Part shown: piece after piece, positions 36,553 to 46,400 of the stretch
How the letters are laid out: every line of letters begins with the position of its first letter
How positions within the stretch are numbered: the stretch's first letter is position 1
Source: a virus
Virus record (IMG/VR): IMGVR_UViG_3300046170_000494
Location: 32,001 to 96,000 of that record
Length of the DNA stretch: 64,000 nucleotides
Strand: one strand, 5' to 3'
The notes under the pieces: generated by a model
Told to the model about the DNA's origin: nothing
Seen by the model: only the letters and a program-made list of their open reading frames with translations
Database searches by the model: none
Translations under genes and position numbers: made by a program

Positions 36553-37566
36553 ATGAATGATAAAACAGGAGAATTACTAACAGAAAATATCGCGGGGGTA
36601 AATAGAATTTTACCTCATAAACATAAATATGCGTGGGATTTATTTTTAAAAAGTTGCGCCAATAATTGGATGCCTACTGAAATTAGTATGCAGAACGACA
36701 TTAAACAATGGAAAAACGATGAAATTACAGAAGACGAAAAATTACTCGTTAAACGCTGCCTTGGATTCTTTGCGGGATCTGAGTCTTTGGTTGGTAATAA
36801 CCTGCTGCTTTCGGCTTTTAGATTTATTACTGATGCTGAATGCCGTCAGTACATACTTCGTCAAGCTTTTGAGGAAAGTCTTCACAACCTTACGGTAGTG
36901 TATATTTGTGATAGCTTAGATCTTGATATAGAAGAGGTTTTTGCTGCTTACGAAACAATTCCAAGTATTAAAGCTAAAGATGACTTCTTAATGGGTATTA
37001 CTAATGATATTAGTCGTCAAGATTTCAGCGCTCACACTACAGAGGGTAAGCAAGAAATTTTGCGTAATTTTTTAACTTATTGGATTGTTTGTGAAGGAAC
37101 ATTCTTTTTTAGCGGATTTGCAATGTTATTAGCCTTAGGTCGCCAAAATAAACTTCAAGGAATATCCGACCAAATTAAATATACTTTAAGAGACGAAAGC
37201 TCTCATATTGCGTTTGGAACTTATTTGATTAATACTTTGATTGATCAAAATCCAGAAATCTGGACAAAAGAAATTCAAGATGAATTTGTGGAGCATATGA
37301 AAAAAGCTGTAGAGCTTGAAATAGCTTACGCTCACGATGTTTTGCCTACAGGTATATTGGGTTTAAATGCAGATATGTTCGTAGAATATATGCATTATAT
37401 AGGAAACAGAAGACTAGAGGGTATCGGTTTAGATTACCGTTTCCCTAGTGATAAAAACCCTTTTCCTTGGCTAAGTGAAGTTGTAGATGTTCAAGCTATG
37501 GGGAATTTCTTTGAAAGAAGAGTTAGAGAATATCAACAAAGCGGGGCTTTAGAAGACGACTTTTAA
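36553..37566 (+). CDS. nrdB: class I RNR beta subunit with class Ic (R2c) signature
   Basis: Ligands E77, E108-x2-H111, CEG, DESSH; Val115 at the radical-Tyr position; C-terminal FFERRVREY. Confidence 0.92.
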   Translation: MNDKTGELLTENIAGVNRILPHKHKYAWDLFLKSCANNWMPTEISMQNDIKQWKNDEITEDEKLLVKRCLGFFAGSESLVGNNLLLSAFRFITDAECRQYILRQAFEESLHNLTVVYICDSLDLDIEEVFAAYETIPSIKAKDDFLMGITNDISRQDFSAHTTEGKQEILRNFLTYWIVCEGTFFFSGFAMLLALGRQNKLQGISDQIKYTLRDESSHIAFGTYLINTLIDQNPEIWTKEIQDEFVEHMKKAVELEIAYAHDVLPTGILGLNADMFVEYMHYIGNRRLEGIGLDYRFPSDKNPFPWLSEVVDVQAMGNFFERRVREYQQSGALEDDF

Positions 37567-37593
37567 TTTCGAACAACTCCAAAAGAAATGTTC

Positions 37594-37617
37594 AAGCCCC
37601 CGTAAGGGGGCTTTTTT
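37594..37617. terminator. intrinsic terminator between convergent nrdB and DUF1501 genes
   Basis: AAGCCCCC-GTAA-GGGGGCTT followed by TTTT. Confidence 0.85.
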
Positions 37618-38908
37618 ATGACAAGATATCAAGTAAAGGCTCGCCTTTATGAGCTATTGTAAAAGGTCTTCCAGAAGGAGAATATTGGTAGTCATTTAAT
37701 GGTAAGCCTAAAGTGTGTGCAATTGTAGCATTTAAGTCTTCTGGTTTAACAGGCTTGCCTTCTGTAGGAGTGCGCCCCGTTTTGTCGGTTTCTCCATAAG
37801 TCATTCCACCTTTAACTCCTCCTCCTGCTAAAAAAGCTGTAAAGCAATAAGGCCAGTGATCTCTTCCGTCTCTTCCGTTAATATTTGGAGTTCTTCCAAA
37901 TTCAGAAGTTAAAACTACCAAAGTGTCAGAAAGCATACCTCTTCGATTTAAATCGATCAACAGTCCACTTAATGCTTGATCGATATCTGTGCAATTTGCC
38001 GCTACTCTATCAAAGTTATTATCATGTGTATCCCATCCTCCTCTTGTTACTTCAACATATCTTACCCCATGTTCTACTAACCTTCTTGCTAATAAGCATC
38101 CTTTTGCAAAATTAGTTTGACCATAAAGATTACTTGTTGACTCAGGCTCTTTTGTGATGTCAAAAGCGTTTAAGTCATTACTATTCATTAATTTAATTGC
38201 GTCTTTATATAAGTCAGAATAAGCTCTTACTTTTTTCTGCGGAAATTGGGTAGAAAAATTTTCATTTAAAGCTTCTGCGATAGATATTCTACTTTGAAAA
38301 TGCTCATGATCTAAGTATGAAGCCATTTTGCTATTAGCTAATCCTGAGTTTGGATTATTAATTGGTAATGCTCCGTATTTAGATTCTAAAAAACCAGCGC
38401 CGCCTCCGCCGCCTCCTATTTTAACATTGCTGGGTATTGTTCTGTTGATTGAGCCAGAAAGTTTGGACACCCAGCTACCAAATGTAGGATGAACAATTGT
38501 GCCTCTTTTAAGATAGCTTGTATGCATTAAATAACTGGCTTGCTCGTGAGCTCCTTGGCTTGTGTTCATTGTTTTAATTATTGCTGCATGATGCATAAGC
38601 TCGGCGGTCTTTGGTAGGTTTTCCGAAAGGATTACTCCATCTGCGCTTGTTGGAATAGATTTAGTAGGGCCTTGAATATCTGGTGCGTCTGGCTTCGGCC
38701 CAAATGTATCAAGGTGAGACATGGCTCCTCCCATATTTAAATAAATTACGTGCCTTGCGGTAGGAACTCTTGCTCCTGGATTTAACGCGCTAACACTATT
38801 ATGTATATACGCTCCTGCCATTGGCATAAGACCCACCCCAAAACATGCTTTTGCAGCATGAGCTATAAATTCTCTTCTTCCTAATTCGTCTATTGTATTA
38901 AAGTTCAT
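37616..38908 (-). CDS. DUF1501 family protein with Tat-like signal
   Basis: GRREFI Tat motif; YLNMGGAMSHLDTF.PKP, HEQASYLM, CLLARRLVEHGVRYVEV..GGWDTH, SEFGRTP, GRDHWP. Confidence 0.93.
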   Translation of the reverse strand: MNFNTIDELGRREFIAHAAKACFGVGLMPMAGAYIHNSVSALNPGARVPTARHVIYLNMGGAMSHLDTFGPKPDAPDIQGPTKSIPTSADGVILSENLPKTAELMHHAAIIKTMNTSQGAHEQASYLMHTSYLKRGTIVHPTFGSWVSKLSGSINRTIPSNVKIGGGGGGAGFLESKYGALPINNPNSGLANSKMASYLDHEHFQSRISIAEALNENFSTQFPQKKVRAYSDLYKDAIKLMNSNDLNAFDITKEPESTSNLYGQTNFAKGCLLARRLVEHGVRYVEVTRGGWDTHDNNFDRVAANCTDIDQALSGLLIDLNRRGMLSDTLVVLTSEFGRTPNINGRDGRDHWPYCFTAFLAGGGVKGGMTYGETDKTGRTPTEGKPVKPEDLNATIAHTLGLPLNDYQYSPSGRPFTIAHKGEPLLDILS

Positions 38909-38961
38909 AATAGATTATTACACAATTTTGAGAAAAGTCAACAGGAAGTGTATGATATATT

Positions 38962-39348
38962 GTGCGGTTTTTATTGCTTATATTCATTATACCCAGTATT
39001 TTATGCGCTAGATTGCAAAGAGAAGATTATTTAGATAATTGTGATTGGTGCAAAAATCAAGCTAAGTCTACTCAGCCATTAGATATCGGCGAATGGAGCA
39101 TGAGGTGCCAGCAAAAACCGAAACCAATATGGTTTAATTATAGAAATATAGGCAGAGCATATGGAACTTATAAAGAAAAAACTTCTATGTGTTGGATTTA
39201 TTCTGAAAAATTAGGTTGGATATATAACACTCCTCAATATAAAGATTATATTTATACTCACAAACTTGGATGGATCTACGTAAAAGATGGCAAGGTTTAT
39301 GTCTTCAAAAAGAAAAAGTGGGATTATTTTACAAATATAAATTCATGA
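38962..39348 (+). CDS. secreted protein with CxxC and LGWIY repeats
   Basis: Signal peptide; CDWC; WIYSEKLGWIY and IYTHKLGWIY; GTG start 14 nt after GTGTA. Confidence 0.65.
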   Translation: MRFLLLIFIIPSILCARLQREDYLDNCDWCKNQAKSTQPLDIGEWSMRCQQKPKPIWFNYRNIGRAYGTYKEKTSMCWIYSEKLGWIYNTPQYKDYIYTHKLGWIYVKDGKVYVFKKKKWDYFTNINS

Positions 39349-41594
39349 GTATTAATTAATGTCCAAATTATTTCTTTGTATGCATCTTTTTCGTTTTTAA
39401 TATTATCAGTAAATATTTTCATTTCTTTAGAAGAGGGTTTTCTATTTAATATATATTTATATCCTGTTGTAATTTTATCATTCAATGACTTTTGCGACTG
39501 TATTGCTTTTATAATTTCAAAGTTTTTATTTTTTAATAATCTAGTTTCAACAAAACCATTAAGAAGATTTAATACTTGTGTTGCAGAGGCGCTTTTATTT
39601 GCGTTTTCTATCTGTTCCCTATCTGAACCACCAAACTCACGAATAAGGTGCCCTATGGGCGCAGGAGAAGGTAGTTCTGAGGCTCTTACTGAATTGCGGT
39701 CTTTTACAAAGTTTTGCTGATATTCTTTTTTCTTGTTTTCAATCTGAGATTTGAATTTATCAACACAAGATTCGCAACAAAAAGCTAAAGTCTCTCCGTT
39801 TTCATTTAGAGCTAATAATGTTGGGTCTATTGCTCTGCCAGGTTTAATTGGACAGTCTGTGTTTATTGGCTTGCTGAATTTAGACTCGCTTTGAGTTTTA
39901 GGTCTTTCAGTTTTGTTGATTTTAGCCATCAATTCCGAAAACAATTCTTCTCCTGTCATTTCTGAAAAATTTTGAAAATTTTGATATCCTTTTGTATTTT
40001 GCTCTAATTTTCTAGAATCAACATTATTTACCGTTAAATTAACTAAGGAATCCCAGATTTGTTCTCCGCTCATTCTTTCAAGCATGGGTCCTTGATAGAA
40101 ATAGGGTACTGCATTTTTGGATTGATTTTCGCTATCTGGACCAGCCACAATCCATTTTACTTCTACGGGCATAGACTGATCTTTATTGTCTTTGGGAATA
40201 ATGTCTCTCACCACAGATTGGCGCTGAAAAGTTTTTGTATTATATAATATTCTAAGAAATTCCTTAAGGTCATAATTTAATGCAACCATAACTTTTTCGA
40301 GGTGAAGTTGAAGTTTTGGATCGGTCGCTAATGTATCATCAAACATATTGTCTATGGGTTCAATTAATGCTAGTCCAAAAGCTTCTTTCCAGAGTCGGTT
40401 AACAATAACTGCTGTAAATCTTGGGTTTGAATCTGAGGCTAGCCAGTTTGCATAAATTTCTCTAGATCCTGATTGAGGGGCTTTTGTTTTAATGTCTATC
40501 TCTTCTCCAAAAATAGTTTTACCCATTAATGCTTGGTTTGGTTTTCCGTTGTCGTATTGATAATCTTTTGGAAGATTTATCTTTCCATTGCCCATACTAG
40601 CTAGTCCAGTTTGAAGAATGTCTTGTATGTCTCTCACTCCGTTTTGTAATTGCCTTGATTTTTGCGGTTCATCATTATTTTCTAATTTGCGCCTTTCATC
40701 TCTAGCCAATCTGTTTAATATGGTTAAATTTTCTGGACTTTTGGTTCTTAAGTTAGTTGAGCCACTCGTAAAAGCTGCCATTTCGTAAAATTGCTTTTGA
40801 GTCCAGCGATCAAATGGATGATCGTGGCATTGGGCGCATTCTAAGCTCGTACCTAAAAATACTCTAACTGTATTTGCCATACTGTCTAATGGCATATTTA
40901 CATCACGAGCAAAATAACTAACTCCCTCATTACCTTTAATCCATAGTGGGCCAGAAGAAGAAAGCATCTCTCTTACCCATTCATCATAAGGTTTGTTATT
41001 GGAGATGAAGTCTTTTACATAATTTTTATATGGAACGCCAGATATTCTATTGTTTAATCTATCTTTAATTCTTAATATATCTGCCCAAAAGTTAAACCAA
41101 TGGCTTACATATCCTTCGCTACCTAATAATTGATCAATTAGCTGCGATCTTTTATTTTTATCTTTACTATTTAAAAAAGAATCTACTTCTGTTAAAGATG
41201 GAGTCCTGCCAATAACCTTTAAGTATGATCTGCGTAAAAATGTAGCGTCGTCAACTTCTTTATTTGGTCGAAGATTATATCCTCTAAGTTTTGTTTCAAT
41301 CAAGCTATCAATATAATTAGCATGAGTTTTTAAATCTTTATCTGATAAGGGTTTTTTGAATTTGGGTAGAGCTTCATGGCTTGGGGGGAAATTATTTTTA
41401 ATATATGCTTGATTATCTTCTGTGAGAGAATCTATTGCTATTCTAAATAACTGTAAATCACTAGATCTTTTTATTAAAGCGTGAGTCGCATTTGCCTCAA
41501 GAATATCTCCTTTTAGATCTTTTCCGTTGTTAAAATAAAGCGTATCGCCGAAGCAATAGATTGATGATAAGAATAATAAAATTAGTTTTTTCAT
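39324..41594 (-). CDS. DUF1549/DUF1553 protein with N-terminal SHD1-like and inserted YHS-like domains
   Basis: Signal peptide; DDATFLRR, CAQCHDHPFDRWTQ, NPRFTAVIVNRLW; insert CPIKPG...AFCCESC. Confidence 0.9.
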   Translation of the reverse strand: MKKLILLFLSSIYCFGDTLYFNNGKDLKGDILEANATHALIKRSSDLQLFRIAIDSLTEDNQAYIKNNFPPSHEALPKFKKPLSDKDLKTHANYIDSLIETKLRGYNLRPNKEVDDATFLRRSYLKVIGRTPSLTEVDSFLNSKDKNKRSQLIDQLLGSEGYVSHWFNFWADILRIKDRLNNRISGVPYKNYVKDFISNNKPYDEWVREMLSSSGPLWIKGNEGVSYFARDVNMPLDSMANTVRVFLGTSLECAQCHDHPFDRWTQKQFYEMAAFTSGSTNLRTKSPENLTILNRLARDERRKLENNDEPQKSRQLQNGVRDIQDILQTGLASMGNGKINLPKDYQYDNGKPNQALMGKTIFGEEIDIKTKAPQSGSREIYANWLASDSNPRFTAVIVNRLWKEAFGLALIEPIDNMFDDTLATDPKLQLHLEKVMVALNYDLKEFLRILYNTKTFQRQSVVRDIIPKDNKDQSMPVEVKWIVAGPDSENQSKNAVPYFYQGPMLERMSGEQIWDSLVNLTVNNVDSRKLEQNTKGYQNFQNFSEMTGEELFSELMAKINKTERPKTQSESKFSKPINTDCPIKPGRAIDPTLLALNENGETLAFCCESCVDKFKSQIENKKKEYQQNFVKDRNSVRASELPSPAPIGHLIREFGGSDREQIENANKSASATQVLNLLNGFVETRLLKNKNFEIIKAIQSQKSLNDKITTGYKYILNRKPSSKEMKIFTDNIKNEKDAYKEIIWTLINTHEFIFVK

Positions 41595-41629
41595 TGTAGG
41601 ATTATAATATTTACAAACTATAATTACAC

Positions 41630-41655
41630 AAAAAAGCCACCCATTTCTGGGTGGC
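41630..41655 (-). terminator. intrinsic terminator
   Basis: Minus strand GCCACCCA-GAAA-TGGGTGGC-TTTTTT. Confidence 0.85.
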
Positions 41656-41679
41656 CGTATGGAACATTTATTAGATTTC

Positions 41680-42330
41680 TTAAAAAGAAAAGTTAAATGC
41701 TGCAGACAATAAATCTTCTCCATCCATAGATTCGGAGTCTACTCTCGCATATCCTATAGAGCCTTCAATAGAATCGGTTAGATTTTTTGAAAGAGTCGCG
41801 CCAACTTGATAGTAATCATTATTTTCAAGTCCATACCTATCTGAATTACCGACTGATCCGCCAATAGTTAAGTTTGCGAATTGCAAATCAAAACCGTGTG
41901 ACATTCCTCCTTCGAAGACGTAGTTATTATCACTGGTATCTCTTTGAATTAATAGATAAGGAGATAATACAGTATTCAAGCTCAATCTCACAACTGCATC
42001 GAGTTGACTTTGACCACTCACAATCTCTTCATGCTCAAGGCCAACATAAGCTTTGAGTAAATCTGCAAATTCAGAAGAAGCTCCTACAGAAAAAACATAA
42101 ACACTTTGTCCGTCAGAGAGTTCATCAAAAGAAGATGCCGAACCTTCAAGGGTTAGGCTTTCAATTTCTTGACTGTAACCGACTGAAGCAGAAAGACTTT
42201 CTTCTGTGAGTAAAGAGCCTTTATTGAATGTGTCGCTTCCATATCCAAGGGATACGGAGCCGGATCCAGCGTAAGCTGCGTTAATAAAAAGCGCCGTAAT
42301 GGCGGTAACAGTAATTAATAATTTTTTCAT
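41680..42330 (-). CDS. outer-membrane beta-barrel protein
   Basis: Signal peptide; alternating amphipathic strands; C-terminal AAFNFSF ending in Phe. Confidence 0.8.
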   Translation of the reverse strand: MKKLLITVTAITALFINAAYAGSGSVSLGYGSDTFNKGSLLTEESLSASVGYSQEIESLTLEGSASSFDELSDGQSVYVFSVGASSEFADLLKAYVGLEHEEIVSGQSQLDAVVRLSLNTVLSPYLLIQRDTSDNNYVFEGGMSHGFDLQFANLTIGGSVGNSDRYGLENNDYYQVGATLSKNLTDSIEGSIGYARVDSESMDGEDLLSAAFNFSF

Positions 42331-42366
42331 AATTAAAGTAGGATTATATATTATATATCAATAATG

Positions 42367-42819
42367 TCAATCAATTTTTATTTTATTTATAGATTTTCCT
42401 TTTCTGCGAGGTATTTTGATTTCTAATATACCATTATTCATAGATGCAGATATTTTATCAGGATCTAATTCTGATGTAAGCTTAAATGTATTCTTAAATC
42501 CATCTTTAAAGATTTGTTGCTGAACATATTCTCCTTCGATAGATTCTTCTTTTGGGGTTTTATAAGAGACAGAGAGCTTTCCGTTGTCGCATTCGATGTT
42601 GATGTCTTCCTTGGGTATTCCTGGAGTTAGTAGTTCTATTACAGTTTCTTTTTCTCTCGCAATAACATTAGCTTGAACTGGATAATCATCTAAATCATTA
42701 AAATAATCTGTTTCTTCAGGTAATGAGAAGTTAAGGAATAAATCATTTAATAGATTGTTCATTGTTGTTTTTGTTTTATTTGAATCTGGTCTATAGTTTT
42801 TTTTGAAGTAATATGACAT
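42367..42819 (-). CDS. Hsp20/alpha-crystallin small heat-shock protein
   Basis: ELLTPGIPKEDINI ... ISASMNNGILEIKIPR. Confidence 0.93.
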   Translation of the reverse strand: MSYYFKKNYRPDSNKTKTTMNNLLNDLFLNFSLPEETDYFNDLDDYPVQANVIAREKETVIELLTPGIPKEDINIECDNGKLSVSYKTPKEESIEGEYVQQQIFKDGFKNTFKLTSELDPDKISASMNNGILEIKIPRRKGKSINKIKID

Positions 42820-42858
42820 AATATATTTTATAAGGGTTAATATTGATTTTTCTATATT

Positions 42859-42874
42859 TGCATTCTATGTGCCA
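42859..42874 (-). promoter_or_regulatory. sigma54-like (-24/-12) promoter upstream of hsp20
   Basis: Minus strand TGGCACATAGAATGCA versus consensus TGGCAC-N5-TTGCW, with exact GG-N10-GC spacing. Confidence 0.6.
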
Positions 42875-42875
42875 A

Positions 42876-43472
42876 TTACTTTTTAAATAAAAACGGAGCC
42901 CATTCGGGGCGCTCTTTTTGCAAGGGATGAAAGAAAGGGTATGGGTTTGAAGGCTTTAATTGCTCTCCTTTATAGTTTTTATAAGGATATATTGTGGCTT
43001 TTTTAGAGTTGCATGGTTGACAGGTTAATGTGACATTATGACTCTCTTTTGTGCCACCTTTGCTTTTTGGATAAATATGTTCAATGGTGGTATCTTTTAT
43101 TTCGAACTTATCTCCACAAATTTGACACCTTCCTCTATATCTTTTATATAAATATCTTAAATTCGGCTTTCCTTTTGTTTGATACACCCATTTAGCAGTA
43201 GTTAATAATATTGTTGGTACTGGATATAACTTGTTTGACGCGGCAATAAATGGTTGCTCTTTATAATAAGTTGAACGCTCTTCATCTATCCACTCTTCCC
43301 AATATAAAGGCTCTCCTGATTGAGATAATACTTTAACAGAAGGTTCGTTATTAGAGGTCGATCCGCAAGATATTAATTTTCTTATTCCTTCTTTAGCTGT
43401 AGTTATGTTGATTGGAGTCCAAAAATGAGATAATATTAAAACTACTCTATCTTTGCTATTAATTAAATTCAA
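42876..43472 (-). CDS. HNH endonuclease
   Basis: CQICG ... TIEHIYPKSKGG ... NVTLTCQPCNSKK. Confidence 0.9.
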   Translation of the reverse strand: MNLINSKDRVVLILSHFWTPINITTAKEGIRKLISCGSTSNNEPSVKVLSQSGEPLYWEEWIDEERSTYYKEQPFIAASNKLYPVPTILLTTAKWVYQTKGKPNLRYLYKRYRGRCQICGDKFEIKDTTIEHIYPKSKGGTKESHNVTLTCQPCNSKKATIYPYKNYKGEQLKPSNPYPFFHPLQKERPEWAPFLFKK

Positions 43473-43474
43473 GA

Positions 43475-46400
43475 TTAATAAACTACCTGAAAGCTGATTC
43501 TGTTGCTGTTGGTCATGCCGTTGGCTGCGGTTCTTATCTCGATGTGGAAATCAGTTGTGGTGACTGGGTAAGTGTAATGTTCCACTCCGAAATATGCTCC
43601 ACCGTAACCACTTGGATTGCTCGAGCCACTGACGCTGTAATCGGCATGAGGCATGGGGTTGATGAATGTCACTTTGTAAATGCCGGTTGAGACTCGAACG
43701 ATGCTTGCCACATTACCTCCGGTGTGTCCAGTGATGGTGTTGCTGCCTTGTGTGCCATCGAATGTACCCCAGGCTTTGATACCGTATTGTGGTGCGGCCA
43801 AGCCAATCGGGCGATCCTGATGCTGAGCCATGATGCAAAATTCTGCTGCTACAGTAGTAGAATCATTATTTCTCATGGTCACAACATTCATGGAGTCTTT
43901 TGTTAAATTGTTGTAATTGACCAATACATAAGACACACCGTCCGCAATATCAGCCGAGACATTGATCATTGGTGTAGATGTGAAATGCCCGGGTTTGAAT
44001 TGGATGGCATACGATCCGGCGGATACACCGACAGTGGTTACACTTTGAATCCAGTCGTAGTTACTGCTGAGCACGGTGCCATCTGCACCTATTCTGGCAC
44101 TAACAACATTTGACTCGTTGTATCCACCGTTGTAGATGGCATGACCATTCTCGATGAACCAACGTAAATTATTGTTGGCCATATCGGATGAAGCACCATC
44201 ATTGGAGGGTGTGACGTTTGAACCATCTGCATCAGCTAGGAAATGTAAAGAATAGTCACCACTTCCAAAATATTCAATCCGATAAATGATCTCCCAAACG
44301 GTACCACCTGCTGTGGTGTTTGGTTTGATCCAGTGCAATCTGAACACACCAGCGTAACCTGGTCCAGTACTGTCGCAGAATATTGCATCCGGAAGCTCCG
44401 TGTAAAATCCACCGTTTGGACTGCCGCTCACAAGTGTTTTTAAATGATTCAAGCTACCTACGCCGCTGGTGCCACTCTTCTGACCATGATAAACAGCATG
44501 TCCATTGTCAATTATTTGCTGCAATACATTCACACTGTCAATGAAACTCCAACCGTTCCCATGTTGAACACCACCAGTTCCGGTTAGATCATTATTAAAA
44601 GTTGTATAATAGGGGTTTGAATTCTGTGTCCAACTAATGTATTGTATCTGAGAAGTCGTAACTGCATATAATGTCGCAAAAGCTGGACCGCCACCATGGT
44701 AAATAACAATTGAATCGGGTAATTTACCTGCGAAATTGCTGGTAGATTGGACTAGGCTGTTGCCTCCTGCCCCTCCGTCAGGTGGTGCGGTTTTGATTTG
44801 TTCTATGGCATCGCCTGCAGAGTTGACTCGAAAGTAACTACCAGCGTCCAATGTGGCGGGTGTATCTGTCAAATCCACGAACTCGTTGCTTTGAGCGCCA
44901 GGTCTCCACTTGCTGTTCGTGTCATCATACACTAATACCTGGCCATCACTGGGTGGCGTGGTTGTTACATCAACATCAGTCAACTGTTCAACAGATGAAG
45001 CTCCTCCACCACCAGAATCAACAGATCGACCACCGTGATACACCACGTTGCCGTTGTCGATCAATTGCTTCAAGGTGGTTTCACCATTCGGAGTGGTATA
45101 TTGACTAGCAGAGGGTCCTTGGGTCACCAGTCCAGATCCAGTGGCATCATTGTTGCATCGAACATAATAGCTTGAACTACCTGACGAGTCAGTCCAGTGT
45201 GTAAAATATATATAATTTGGTTCTAAATAATTGAATTGATAATTAAACACACCGCCAACTGATGCTCTTTTTATGATGATCCCATCTGGTATCATACCTT
45301 CAAAATTGCTCGTGTTTTGTATCTCCGGATGTGTGCCTGCGCTGCCGGTGTTGTCGGTGTGCCCATGATACAGAGCTCGGCCGTTTTCAACATACCATCG
45401 GAGATTTCCTAATGCGGTGAAGAAGATGGTCAACGTAGTGTTTGGAGTGCCATCTGCATCATTTGAAAAATAAATGCGACGGTCCTGTGTTGATCCATCT
45501 CCAAGATCTTCAAACCGATAACAGACATAATCTGTCTCAATGTGCGCGATATTCAGGATAAACTGCGCACCATTATGTTCATGAACAATCGCATCTGGTA
45601 AGTCAGTGTAAAAATCACTAGCGTTTTTGATTACGCTCAGGCTTCCGGCTCCGCTGGTGCCGCTTTTTTGGCCGTGGAATACCGCCTGTTTGTTGTCGAT
45701 ATATTCTTGAATGCTAGTGTACTGAGGAGACCCACCGATTGATTCGGTTTCAATACCTATACCCTTCGCACCAAACTTAATGAACCCGTTTCCGTTTTTA
45801 TATACATAATATATACCCGTGTCGTTGATGTAATATAGATCAAGCACCCTTACTATACTGGAATTGAGACGATCTATCAGCTGGTCAGGCAATTTTCCAT
45901 CGAACTGGCCGTACGATTGTATTAGACTGTTGTCACCTAAACCTCCATCGGGTGGTGCGGTCTTTATCTGTTCTATGGCGTCTCCCGTGGTGTTGACTCG
46001 TAGATAGCTACCGGCATCCAGAGTGGCAGGTGTGTCTGTCAAGTCTACAAACTCGTTGCTTTGAGTACCAGGTTTCCACTTGTCGTCTGTGTCATCATAC
46101 ACCAACACTTGACCTGCACTGGGTGCGTTTGTTGTTGTGTCCACATCGCTAAGATCGTCAATGTGATCAACCAGCTGATCCAGATTGCTACCGGTTCGAC
46201 CGTAAAACAAAGCGCGACCCGCGGCGATGTAACCTTGTATGTCATCATGCTCTTTGGTGACGTTCACCGCATGCGATCCACCAGTCCATACACCGGTGGT
46301 GTTGTTAAATGCGAACAAATAGTTGCCTGAGTGGCTATTTGATTGGTAATCGAATCGATCCGCACGAGCTTGTGTAAATTTAAATAATCGCAAATTACCG

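Noticed and set aside
37616-42819. Window read as bacterial chromosome or prophage flank
   Set aside because: Host-like genes are interleaved with virion and replication genes, share their composition and promoter motifs, and no integrase or housekeeping operon is present. A chimeric assembly cannot be excluded without reads.
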